Positions 55,896-64,000 of a stretch of DNA of 64,000 bases are shown here, in pieces. The translations under genes were made by a program, and so were the position numbers. Source of the DNA: Candidatus Moraniibacteriota bacterium (GTDB lineage Bacteria > Patescibacteriota > Minisyncoccia > Moranbacterales > UBA1568); the NCBI GenBank assembly GCA_017983435.1, contig JAGOBM010000004.1, positions 3,818 to 67,817 on the forward strand, written 5' to 3'. Each line of letters opens with the position of its first letter. The stretch's first letter is position 1. The notes below the pieces were generated by a model, which ran no database searches, was not told the origin of the DNA, and worked only from the letters and a program-made list of their open reading frames with translations.

Positions 55896-56810
55896 CTAGA
55901 TCTTCAGATAGCGGCGGATCGCAAATGAAGTGGAGACCGACGTGAGGACGATGCCGAGGAGCAGGAGCCCGATGAAGATGACCGGGAAATTATGTAGGAA
56001 GAGCGATTGCATATCCCCGGCTGGCAAGGCGCCGGCCGTGATCGGAGCGAGCGAGCGCGAGACGATGAACAGGAGAATCGAAGAGATGACGGCGGAGATG
56101 ATGCCGTAGAGCGCTCCCTCAAACAGGAATGGCATTTTCATATAGAGATTCGAGGCTCCGACGAGACGCATGATCTCGAATTCCTGCTGATGCGAGTGAA
56201 TCGTGATGTACATGGTGTAAAACGTGATGATGAGAGCCACCGCCACGAATATGCCGCCGAGCGTCAGGCCGGCAGTCGTCGAAGCGCGATTGATCGTCTG
56301 GAGCCGTTCGAAGATGCGCTTGTTCTTAGCGTAGTTGACGCGATTGATATCCTCTTTGAAAGCGGACTCCTGTATCTGGTTGGCAATCACGGCGTAGTGC
56401 TCGGGCCGGGTCGCCTTGATGACGAGCGAAGCGAGCAATGGGTTCTCTCCGATCTCTTCGAGCGCTTTCTTGACGGTCTCATCCTCGCCGTTCTGCGCGA
56501 GGAATTCAGAGAGCGCCTGATCACGGGAAATATATTCGACCGAAGCGACTTCCTCCGTGTACTTCTCGAGTGTCGTCTTGACCTCGTTGATGCGGTCTTC
56601 GCTCACGTCCGGATTGAAGGAAACCGTGACGTTGACCTTGTCCTTGATATTGGTGAGGACAAGACGGGTGGAGTAGGCCATGAAGGCTGAGAGTCCGATG
56701 ATGAAGAGCGAGAGGGTCAGGATAGAGATCGTCGCGAACGACAGCCAGCCGTTGCGGCGGAAGTTCCGTATGCCTTCATCGAATGTCCGCCAGAGCTTGA
56801 GGGTTTTCAT
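55896..56810 (-). CDS. ftsX: cell-division ABC transporter permease FtsX
   Basis: 304 aa with FtsX topology (TM1, large extracellular loop, 3 C-terminal TMs). Lies immediately downstream of ftsE. Confidence 0.8.
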   Translation of the reverse strand: MKTLKLWRTFDEGIRNFRRNGWLSFATISILTLSLFIIGLSAFMAYSTRLVLTNIKDKVNVTVSFNPDVSEDRINEVKTTLEKYTEEVASVEYISRDQALSEFLAQNGEDETVKKALEEIGENPLLASLVIKATRPEHYAVIANQIQESAFKEDINRVNYAKNKRIFERLQTINRASTTAGLTLGGIFVAVALIITFYTMYITIHSHQQEFEIMRLVGASNLYMKMPFLFEGALYGIISAVISSILLFIVSRSLAPITAGALPAGDMQSLFLHNFPVIFIGLLLLGIVLTSVSTSFAIRRYLKI

Positions 56811-56821
56811 AGTTGAACGCG

Positions 56822-57562
56822 TTAGACGGTTTTCTCGGATCCGGATGGCTGACGAGCAGATAGATTCATCGCATACTTGCCCTGCGCTTCATCGCTCTTG
56901 ATCTTGCCAGCTTCGATCGCGATGACGCGGCGGCCGAGCTGATTGACGATATCCTTGTTGTGCGTAGCGAGGATGACGGTCGTACCGAAGGTGTTGATCT
57001 CGAGCAATAGGCGGACAATCTCCTGCGTCGATGCCGGATCGAGGTTGCCGGTTGGTTCATCGGCGACGATAACCTTGGGGCGATGGATGAGGGCGCGGGC
57101 GAGCGAGACGCGCTGTTGCTCTCCGCCGGAGAGCTCACGCGGATACTGTCCTGCCTTGCTGCTCAGTCCGACGATATCGAGAATCTCCGGCACATGCTGA
57201 TTAATCTCATCCGCGTCGCGGCCATCGACTTCGAGCGCGTAGGCGACATTTTCAAAAGCGGTCCGGTTGGGTAGCAGCTTGAAATCCTGGAAAACGGTGC
57301 CGATATTACGACGGAAAAACGGGAGGTGTTTGCGGTTGATACCGCTGATTGGGCGGCCATTGAAATACACCTCGCCGGCTGATGGGATCTCCTCAGCATA
57401 GATGAGTTTCAGTATGGTCGACTTGCCGGCACCGCTGACACCGACGAGCGAGACGAACTCGCCCGGCATGATGGAGACGGTGACGTCATCGAGGACCGGC
57501 TGCTCAGGGAGGAAGAGTTTTGAGACGTGCTCAAAATGGATGATGGGAACGATATCAGGCAT
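56822..57562 (-). CDS. ftsE: cell-division ABC transporter ATPase FtsE
   Basis: Walker [10 protein letters not shown], signature [15 protein letters not shown], Walker [13 protein letters not shown]. Start at Met64 of the track ORF ([12 protein letters not shown]), 246 aa. Confidence 0.85.
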   Translation of the reverse strand: MPDIVPIIHFEHVSKLFLPEQPVLDDVTVSIMPGEFVSLVGVSGAGKSTILKLIYAEEIPSAGEVYFNGRPISGINRKHLPFFRRNIGTVFQDFKLLPNRTAFENVAYALEVDGRDADEINQHVPEILDIVGLSSKAGQYPRELSGGEQQRVSLARALIHRPKVIVADEPTGNLDPASTQEIVRLLLEINTFGTTVILATHNKDIVNQLGRRVIAIEAGKIKSDEAQGKYAMNLSARQPSGSEKTV

Positions 57563-57600
57563 ATTTTCTTTTTCTTTGAAACGATCCTCTCTATTTTCCC

Positions 57601-58687
57601 CTACTTTCGCAGAGCGCGCAAGTTGGATTCGATAAAGAGGTCGAGATGGCCTTCGAGAACACTGCTCGCATCGCTCGTTTCGACGCTGCTCCGATGGTCT
57701 TTGACCATGGTATACGGGTGGAGGACATAGGAACGGATCTGGTTGCCCCACTCGGCGCTCTTGATCTCACCCTTGAGTGCGCGACGCGATGCCTCCTGTT
57801 CTTCGAGCCGCATCTGGGCGAGCTTGCCGCGGAGTATCTTCATTGCTTCCTCGCGATTCTGGAGCTGCGAGCGCTCGCTCTGAGAAGCAGCGACCAGACC
57901 GGTCGCGAGATGAGTGACACGCACCGCGCTCTCAGTCTTGTTGACATGCTGTCCACCCGCGCCTGATGCCCGGTAGGTATCGATACGGAGATCCTCGGGG
58001 CGGAGCTCGAGCACGGCGTCGTCTTCGATGACCGGCAGGATCTCAACCGAGGCAAACGATGTCTGACGGAGGCTATTGGCATTGAAAGGCGAAAGACGGA
58101 CGAGCCGATGGATGCCAGCTTCGAGACGGAGATAGCCATAGGCATAGTCTCCGGAGATCTCGATGGTCGCGCTCTTGATGCCGGCTTCACCGCCGCGGCT
58201 CTCATCGAGGATCTTGGTCTTCCATCCGCGGATCTCGGCGAAGCGGAGATACATACGGAGGAGCATCTCGGCCCAGTCCTGAGCATCGACACCGCCCGCC
58301 CCGCTTCGGATCGTCAGGATGACATCACGAGCGTCATGCTCACCCCCGAGCAGCGCCAAGAATTCCCACTCAGCGAGCGTACCCTCAAAGAGAGCGATCT
58401 CCTTATCGATCTCAGCAGACTCTTCGGTGGAAAGCCCGAGCGTTGAGAGATCGATAAGGTCATCGATATTCTTCTTGAGCGTCTTGAACTTCTCCTGTTC
58501 GCCTTTGAGACGCTCAAGCTCCTTCATGACACTCCCGGCTTTCTTGGGATCATTCCAGAAGCCGCCCTGCTCGCTTTCGATGGTCAGGAAGGCGATGCGC
58601 TGATCCTTGGCGGCAAAGTCAAAGATAGTCCTGCAAGTGCAGGAGTTTGGTGCGGAGCTCTTCGAGGATGGCTATTGGGTTTTCCAT
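57601..58687 (-). CDS. prfB: peptide chain release factor 2 with programmed +1 ribosomal frameshift
   Basis: Main frame (57601-58620) has the SPF motif (RLSPFNANS) and GGQ (RASGAGGQHVNKTES). Upstream ORF0 MENPIAILEELRTKLLHLQDYL ends at in-frame TGA within the canonical shift site CTT TGA C (58624-58618) with internal SD-like AGGA 3 nt upstream. Skipping T at 58621 joins it to DFAAKDQRIAFL...FWNDPKKAGSVMKELERL. Confidence 0.85.
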
Positions 58688-58808
58688 AGTTTCCTTAGTT
58701 TAGCGCGAAACGGGATGCCTTTCAAACCGAGGGTCGCGTTCCCCTCCTTGAAAAAAAGTGCGGCTTCGGGTATACTCTTCTTGTTTTGAAAGCCGCAGCA
58801 AGAAACAG

Positions 58809-58881
58809 GCCGATGTAGCTCAGTTGGTAGAGCGACGCACTCGTAACGCGTAGGTCACCAGTTCAATCCTGGTCATCGGCT
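58809..58881 (+). tRNA. tRNA-Thr (anticodon CGT)
   Basis: Acceptor GCCGATG/CATCGGC, U8, D-arm GCTC-AGTTGGTA-GAGC, anticodon loop CTCGTAA, T-arm ACCAG-TTCAATC-CTGGT, discriminator T. One A-C mismatch at the base of the anticodon stem. Confidence 0.75.
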
Positions 58882-58960
58882 CATTGTTTACACTCCACGT
58901 GCCAGGTCTCCAGTTCCCTGTCTGCCGGCAGGCAGGAATCCTGGAAGGTGGCTCAGTCGA

Positions 58961-59001
58961 AAAAAGAGCGGGTCTCTGATCGAGAATCCCGCTCTTTTTT
59001 A
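58961..59001. terminator. bidirectional intrinsic terminator
   Basis: A6-GAGCGGG...CCCGCTC-T6. Confidence 0.7.
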
Positions 59002-59033
59002 TGGGAGAACTTATCTCAAATATTCATGTCCGG

Positions 59034-60065
59034 TCATTCGGCCGGTGTAAGCGCAGCATCCATGGCTTCTTGCAAGAGATCGTATTTGACGGCTCCGGAG
59101 AAGAACCGATCACCGATGAAGAGAGCTGGCGCTGCATCGAGTCCGAGCGAACGGGCCTCGTCTCCTTCGGAGCGGACCTGATCCTGATAGCGGTCCTGGT
59201 CGATGCAGTCGGAGAATGGTTTCCAGTCGAGCCGACCCATCCAGGCGATATTCTTGAGTTCCTGCTTGGTGTTCGGCCGACGTTCGAGATCCCGCTGCTT
59301 GGCAAAGAGCGCACTGGCGTAGTCGAAATATTTCCCCTGCTCATGCGCGCAGAAAGACGCGGCGGCGAAGAGCGGCGATTTGGGATGCGCTTCGAGTGGA
59401 AAGGCTTTGAAGACAAATGAGGCGCGATCACCGTAGGTATCGAGCAGCTTCTTTAGCTGGTTCTTGTGGAATCCCCCGCAATAACTGCACTGGAAATCCG
59501 AATAGATAACCACCTTGAGGGCGGCGTCTTTCTGTCCGAGCACGATGCTCCGGTCATCGACGGCTGGGACGCGCAGGTATTTGCCAGCGGGCAATCCGAG
59601 CTCCTCCATGTCGAGCAGGAAGTCCCGATCGGATGCGCGGAAAAGCGGAGTCGCCTGGGCATAGAAAGCGGTGCGTGTGATATTTTCACCGAAGATGAAG
59701 GCTGGTACCGAGACGATACCATGACGCTCGGCCAATGCCCGGCCGGCTTCGGATCCTGATTCGACGATGGAGACGGAGAGGGTCGGTATCACCCGGCGCA
59801 GCCAGATGAGCGATTCATCGGGAGCACAATTCACGCATGCGGTATCGGTCAGCACCGCGAGAGCGACTTTGGGATCCGCATAAGCGACCCAGGTCTGGCC
59901 GTCCTGCTCGAGGACTTCATGGTCGCGGATCGCGTGCTGCGAGAATCCTCGTCCGATGACGAGCTGTCCGATATCGACGAAGAGACTCCCAACGAAGAGG
60001 CCTCCGAGGGCGATGGACAGCGCGAGCAGATTCTTGGCGGAGTCGGTCATAGCGGTTTTCTGCAT
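59034..60065 (-). CDS. DsbA-like thiol:disulfide oxidoreductase with duplicated thioredoxin folds, membrane-anchored
   Basis: Start at Met25 (MQKTAMTDSAKNLLALSIALGGLFVG). CVNCAPD in the first domain and FQCSYCGGFH (CxxC) in the second. Confidence 0.55.
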   Translation of the reverse strand: MQKTAMTDSAKNLLALSIALGGLFVGSLFVDIGQLVIGRGFSQHAIRDHEVLEQDGQTWVAYADPKVALAVLTDTACVNCAPDESLIWLRRVIPTLSVSIVESGSEAGRALAERHGIVSVPAFIFGENITRTAFYAQATPLFRASDRDFLLDMEELGLPAGKYLRVPAVDDRSIVLGQKDAALKVVIYSDFQCSYCGGFHKNQLKKLLDTYGDRASFVFKAFPLEAHPKSPLFAAASFCAHEQGKYFDYASALFAKQRDLERRPNTKQELKNIAWMGRLDWKPFSDCIDQDRYQDQVRSEGDEARSLGLDAAPALFIGDRFFSGAVKYDLLQEAMDAALTPAE

Positions 60066-60081
60066 AGGGAGAGAATGAAAA

Positions 60082-60420
60082 TTAACGACCCGTATCCGGG
60101 CAGGAGGGTCCAGCAGTCTGTGTCGGTTCGTAGGCAAGCGATCCTCCCTGGGCGATCAGGCGCGCCTGCAGCTCGTTCAGGCTCATATTCGGACGATCGA
60201 GAGCGAGACGATAGTCCTCATAGCCGATCGTGACGAATGATCCGAATGCGAGCTTGAGGCCGATGCCGAATACGACAGCTATACCGAAGAGGAGCGAGAC
60301 CATCGTCGGATCGAGATCGCGGCGCATCAGATGGCGACAGCCGCCGATGAGCCGCTCTATCGGGTTATCAGCTGATCGCTCTTCAGCCTCCACTCTGGAT
60401 GAATCGAAAGATAGATGCAT
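60082..60420 (-). CDS. small membrane protein, hypothetical
   Basis: 112 aa with one TM helix. Confidence 0.35.
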   Translation of the reverse strand: MHLSFDSSRVEAEERSADNPIERLIGGCRHLMRRDLDPTMVSLLFGIAVVFGIGLKLAFGSFVTIGYEDYRLALDRPNMSLNELQARLIAQGGSLAYEPTQTAGPSCPDTGR

Positions 60421-60506
60421 AAAAATATAGGATGCACGAGGAAAATCGGCATCGGATTACCCTAGCACGACCAGTCTTCTTCTGCAACTAGAGACCTATC
60501 GGAAGA

Positions 60507-60818
60507 TCAGATCCCGATCAGCTCATCGAGCACGTCATCGAGCTCATCGAGCGAGCGCGTACCGACCGCTTCTTTCTTCACGGTTTTCTTTCCGATCGCC
60601 TCGCGGACTCGGGAAGCGGCGTTGGCTGGGCTGATATGGTGCAAGACTGCTCCGTTGACGGCGATATTGGGCCCGGATTTGCAGAAACGGAAACAATTAC
60701 CGGTCGTGGCGATATCCGCTTCATCGGCGCTCAAGGATTGCTTGAGGGCCGCGGCGATACCCTCACTCCCTCGCTGGCAGCAGGTCTGGTGAGTGCAGAT
60801 TCGGATGTGGGTTTTCAT
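60507..60818 (-). CDS. thioredoxin-like [2Fe-2S] ferredoxin family protein
   Basis: IRICTHQTCCQRG ... GNCFRFCKSGPNIAVNG, the 4-Cys pattern of NuoE-like [2Fe-2S] ferredoxins. Confidence 0.55.
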   Translation of the reverse strand: MKTHIRICTHQTCCQRGSEGIAAALKQSLSADEADIATTGNCFRFCKSGPNIAVNGAVLHHISPANAASRVREAIGKKTVKKEAVGTRSLDELDDVLDELIGI

Positions 60819-61131
60819 AGGGATTCGGGAGGTTTATCGGTCTCTATCCCGTTGACAATACCTCATTTTCAGGGTAGAGTCAAAACTTAGTAACGCTCTC
60901 AAATCTTATGTCGAGATTGTAAATTCACTGATTTCGAGCGAAAAATTTGGAGGGCTCGGAAAGGCTACCCGAGAGGTATCCTGACGAGATATCCGGATTT
61001 TGCAGCCGAAATCAGTGAATTTCAGCCGACAAGCAGAAATATGTTGTATTCTTGCGGTAAGATGCGAGAGAGTTACTATAAGTGTTACTTAACAACCCAA
61101 GCTCATCAGAGCGCATTTCAAGGAGAAAAAC

Positions 61132-61623
61132 ATGATTGGCATCATCTTGAAGCCGGGCAGTCTGTCGGCTCTCGATACGTTTTTTGAAAGGGCACCGCTG
61201 ATGTCGTCGCTCATGGCCTATCATCTCGGTTTCGCCCCGCGGAGGATTTCGAAGTGTGGGTATATCGAACAGGTATTCCATCAGATTAACCAGCATTTCC
61301 TCAATGGCGAACAGATCATGTTTCTGCTCGATCGCGCGGATGTCGAAGGAGGATATCTGATGCCGGTCTCTGGTCTCATATTCCCCTGCCAACATGCCTG
61401 GCGCATACGCGTCTCGCTCTGCTATGAGCATGACGTGGACATGGACCGGTATTTCGAAGCCTGGTTGCAGAAGCTCTGCATCTACGCCCGCCGCATCGGC
61501 GCGGTCACATCGATCTATCTGGAGCCGAGCGCTTATCTGCGTCCGGTCCTGAAGTTCTACAGCGGTTCTGAAGTCATGTGTTTCAGTGCGGAACGGAACA
61601 CCTATGTCATCCCGCTCCAGTGA
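61132..61623 (+). CDS. hypothetical protein
   Basis: 163 aa. Strong SD aaggagaaaaacATG. Confidence 0.5.
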   Translation: MIGIILKPGSLSALDTFFERAPLMSSLMAYHLGFAPRRISKCGYIEQVFHQINQHFLNGEQIMFLLDRADVEGGYLMPVSGLIFPCQHAWRIRVSLCYEHDVDMDRYFEAWLQKLCIYARRIGAVTSIYLEPSAYLRPVLKFYSGSEVMCFSAERNTYVIPLQ

Positions 61624-61650
61624 TCAAGGGACATCGATTCTCAAGGAGGT

Positions 61651-61971
61651 GTGATTATGAAAGTCTGTCTGGATGATCCATCGGTGATGCCGGTGGTCGT
61701 ATCGATCGAGAATATCGATCATCTGCGCAAGCTGGGCGTCCTGAATTGTCTGGTTGGCAAGTGGCCGATCGGCAATACCGACATCGAAGAGGTCGTCGAA
61801 TCTCTCGTGCGCACTGTGGGAGATCCGCATACGGTCGTGCGGATGATCTATCAGTATCCGTATCATCCGGAATCCGGCGATCAGGTGCGGGCCGAACTCG
61901 TTTCCTTTACGGTACATTCTGCTGTTCATCAGACACAGTACGTCGATATTCTGAAGCAGTTCTGTTCTTAA
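61651..61971 (+). CDS. hypothetical protein
   Basis: 106 aa. SD caaggaggtgtgattATG. Confidence 0.5.
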   Translation: MIMKVCLDDPSVMPVVVSIENIDHLRKLGVLNCLVGKWPIGNTDIEEVVESLVRTVGDPHTVVRMIYQYPYHPESGDQVRAELVSFTVHSAVHQTQYVDILKQFCS

Positions 61972-62071
61972 GAAGCATCTCTCGGCAACGGGGCGATCAT
62001 CTATGTGTGACGCCCTGTTTTTTTTATGCAAAAAAAGCAGCCCATGAGAAGAGAGACGCGATTTTGTTGAT

Positions 62072-62100
62072 AAAAAAACCGTCTGACGAGTCAGGCGGTT
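62072..62100 (-). terminator. intrinsic terminator for minus-strand gene 62118-62489
   Basis: CCGCCTGAC tcg GTCAGACGG followed by T7 on the minus strand. Confidence 0.65.
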
Positions 62101-62117
62101 CGGAAATGGGAGTGTGT

Positions 62118-62489
62118 TCACCCCTCGAGAGATTGTGGCTGCCTGAGCGTCTTAAAAGCATACGCCCGAAACAATTTTTTCAGACCATAGACGATCAGGC
62201 CGAGTACGACCCCGAAGCCCAGCAGGAGCAAGCTGGAGGTTGCGGCTATCGATTGGGTATAGCTATTCAGCGCGTGTACGATGACGACCATGTACAACGT
62301 GGTCATAAATATCCAGTATGGCGCAATGAGCTCCCCGTAGCGCATTCGCCGCGCTGCTTCTCCGTCAGCGAAAAGATGATATGTGATAAGGAAGAGAATC
62401 AGGCTCCCGAATACGGCTAAGAGCAAGAGACCAATCCCCGCGCACATCCCGAGTATCGCCGCTCCGATGAACAGCGTCCGTGTCTTCAT
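62118..62489 (-). CDS. small polytopic membrane protein, hypothetical
   Basis: 123 aa with 3-4 TM helices. Confidence 0.45.
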   Translation of the reverse strand: MKTRTLFIGAAILGMCAGIGLLLLAVFGSLILFLITYHLFADGEAARRMRYGELIAPYWIFMTTLYMVVIVHALNSYTQSIAATSSLLLLGFGVVLGLIVYGLKKLFRAYAFKTLRQPQSLEG

Positions 62490-62692
62490 GGTTTTTCTCC
62501 TATCGCTCTCCCCTGCACAGAAGCGCGGTGTCGTGATGGAAGGCGTGCAGCCCCGATACCAAAGAACCCTCCAGGAATCTGGATTGGGCTATTAAAACAC
62601 ACAGTATCAATGTTGTCCAGGCTTTTCTTTCCCTTGATTTTTGAAGCGAAGAGCGATAGGCTGCGACTAGTTGCTTTTACAAGGAGAATGAC

Positions 62693-63466
62693 ATGAACAC
62701 AGAGAGCCGTCCCCGTGCGATCGTCACTCGTGATGATCCTCTGATACTCATCCGGCTGCTTTCTTCACTGGTTGATCTGGCTGATCGTGACCATGAGAAA
62801 GCTATCATTTTTGCGGATATCATCCGGCTGGCACATGAATGCGGGTATGCCGACCCGCTGTCATGGATCTGCCGCGAGTTGGTTGTCCAGGGATTCCTTT
62901 CGAAGCACGCCAACGGAATATATAGCATCAGCGAAACGAATCGTCAGGCCATCCGTCAGTTTCAGATGGAATTTGATCCACTGTATGCAAACACGCATCT
63001 GTCCGATGCGGAACAGCGGGCTCTCCTCTCGGATATCGCCAGCGGCTCCGATACCGGACGTGCGGTCTTGCGTATCACCCGGCTTTTTGCGGCGCTGCAG
63101 CAGGAATTCTCATCACTCGGCACACTCAAAAGAAGGAATCAAGAAGCGATCGCTCAGCACGCGGCCGCCCATATCCTCGATTCAGACCGCGCCCAGTGGA
63201 TGATGGAACGTCAGGATCTCTGTCTCGAGCGGGCTTTCAAGCTCAGGCCGGCGGCATCGTTCGGCGGCCTCGGAGCCTTTGCTCTAGCTATTAGCGATGC
63301 CAAGGAAGCGCATGATACCCTGCTCGAGCTGACAGAAAAGCTAGAACAGGAATACTCGGCACTGACAGCCCTCGCTCAGGACGAAGAGATGATCAAGGCT
63401 ATGGAGCTGATCAGCAACATCTTCGACCGTTTGATACAAGCTTTCATAAAAGCGGAGGTCTTGTGA
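62693..63466 (+). CDS. hypothetical protein (257 aa)
   Basis: SD caaggagaatgacATG. No recognisable motif. Confidence 0.5.
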   Translation: MNTESRPRAIVTRDDPLILIRLLSSLVDLADRDHEKAIIFADIIRLAHECGYADPLSWICRELVVQGFLSKHANGIYSISETNRQAIRQFQMEFDPLYANTHLSDAEQRALLSDIASGSDTGRAVLRITRLFAALQQEFSSLGTLKRRNQEAIAQHAAAHILDSDRAQWMMERQDLCLERAFKLRPAASFGGLGAFALAISDAKEAHDTLLELTEKLEQEYSALTALAQDEEMIKAMELISNIFDRLIQAFIKAEVL

Positions 63467-63480
63467 GATAGCCCTACCAA

Positions 63481-63514
63481 AAACCCGGAAGACAATGTTC
63501 TTTCCGGGTTTTTT
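63481..63514 (+). terminator. intrinsic terminator
   Basis: CCCGGAA gacaatgttct TTCCGGG followed by T7. Confidence 0.7.
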
Positions 63515-63635
63515 ATTACCAAACGAAGCGAGCAAAACGAAAGTGTACTTTCGTTTTCAAGCGCAGTGCCGGTAAAATCGGGGTAAATACCCGTTATTAC
63601 CAAAAGCGGACAGAATGGATCAGGAAGGGGTAATT

Positions 63636-63709
63636 CGGACAAGAAAGAGGTTTCTTTCGCCGCCCGAGACTTCTGAGGCGATAGCAAGAAAAAATCTCTT
63701 TCTTGTCCG
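63636..63709. repeat. 74-bp element bounded by perfect 14-bp inverted repeats (CGGACAAGAAAGAG / CTCTTTCTTGTCCG)
   Basis: Read directly. Arms at 63636-63649 and 63696-63709 with a 46-bp spacer. Directly abuts the pirin stop codon. Confidence 0.55.
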
Positions 63710-63720
63710 AATCATCAATG

Positions 63721-64000
63721 CTACGCGGTTTTGATGAAGCTGCCATCGCCGAGCTCCTGGAAAGCCTGGTCGAGCTCCGCCTGGGTATTCATGACGATCG
63801 GACCGCCCCAGGCTATCGGCTCGCGGAGCGGCTGGGCGCAGAGAAAGATGAAACGGAGACCCTGCGTTCCCGCGACGACCGAGAGCGCCTCGCCATCGCC
63901 GAAGAGTATCGCGTGCCGGGCATCGATCTCGCGCGTATCCGAACTGAAGCATCCGGATCCGTCGAAGATATAGACGAAGACGGTGGCACCGAGTACTGTA
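63721..64000 (-). CDS. pirin-family cupin protein, C-terminal part (5' end beyond window)
   Basis: Minus-strand frame ...FDGSGCFSSDTREIDARHAILFGDGEALSVVAGTQGLRFIFLCAQPLREPIAWGGPIVMNTQAELDQAFQELGDGSFIKTA* matches the pirin C-terminal consensus (GPFVMNT..EI.QAF.D...G.F). Track ORFs 63620-63952 and 63731-63973 are wrong frames. Confidence 0.6.
   Translation of the reverse strand, partial: TVLGATVFVYIFDGSGCFSSDTREIDARHAILFGDGEALSVVAGTQGLRFIFLCAQPLREPIAWGGPIVMNTQAELDQAFQELGDGSFIKTA

Noticed and set aside
58527-58687. Possible second frame disruption in prfB upstream of the main ORF
   Set aside because: Initially suspected from a mis-reading of a homopolymer. Codon arithmetic against the ORF-track frames shows a single +1 shift at CTT TGA C joins ORF0 to the main frame with continuous RF2-like sequence.
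61012-62121. Minus-strand ORFs 61012-61431 and 61624-62121
   Set aside because: The overlapping plus-strand ORFs 61132-61623 and 61651-61971 have strong, correctly spaced Shine-Dalgarno sequences. The minus ORFs do not.

Overview
This window is a GC-rich (~58-60%) bacterial chromosomal segment, probably from an uncultivated lineage (possibly CPR/Patescibacteria-like; low-confidence inference). Nearly all of it is coding. Roughly the first half (1-31.3 kb) is one large cell-envelope glycopolymer supercluster. It holds four tandem paralogous GT-C (PMT/ArnT-like) membrane glycosyltransferases (one truncated, one running off the window start and absent from the ORF track), a Wzx-type flippase, two O-antigen-ligase/Wzy_C proteins, four GT4 and two GT2 glycosyltransferases, a UDP-glucose 6-dehydrogenase, an LCP (LytR-CpsA-Psr) ligase and a WecB/TagA transferase further on. 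Several unknown polytopic membrane proteins sit among them. Housekeeping genes are interspersed: tmk, RtcB, fmt-def-priA (conserved order), thpR, gltX, groES (orphan, own terminator), ftsEX, prfB (canonical +1 programmed frameshift CTT TGA C found) and tRNA-Thr(CGT) and tRNA-Gln(CTG). Accessory and unusual content: (i) A-rich heptamer microsatellites (CCAAAAT/CAATCAA-type) are inserted in-frame in at least four GC-rich genes, three of them surface-glycan genes, making candidate phase-variation or mini-insertion elements. (ii) A DUF559 endonuclease gene is framed exactly by ~35-bp GC-rich inverted repeats. (iii) The tRNA-Gln locus is rearranged around a GIY-YIG endonuclease gene: an intact tRNA, the ORF ending inside the tRNA 5' end, and a 5'-half pseudo-copy of the tRNA interrupted by two perfect hairpin insertions, next to an AT-rich islet with an excisionase-like HTH gene. 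(iv) An AT-rich two-gene island encodes a membrane-anchored NERD-nuclease-domain protein and a polytopic membrane protein with a BamE/SmpA-OmlA-like tail. (v) The PriA homologue retains the zinc-binding Cys cluster but appears to have degenerate Walker A/B and motif VI. (vi) A tandem rhodanese protein lacks both catalytic Cys. (vii) A Cys/His-rich secreted-protein operon, several long palindromes and ORF-free structured regions are present. No CRISPR array, rRNA, transposase or integrase was found. All protein-family calls are by-eye motif recognition, not searches.
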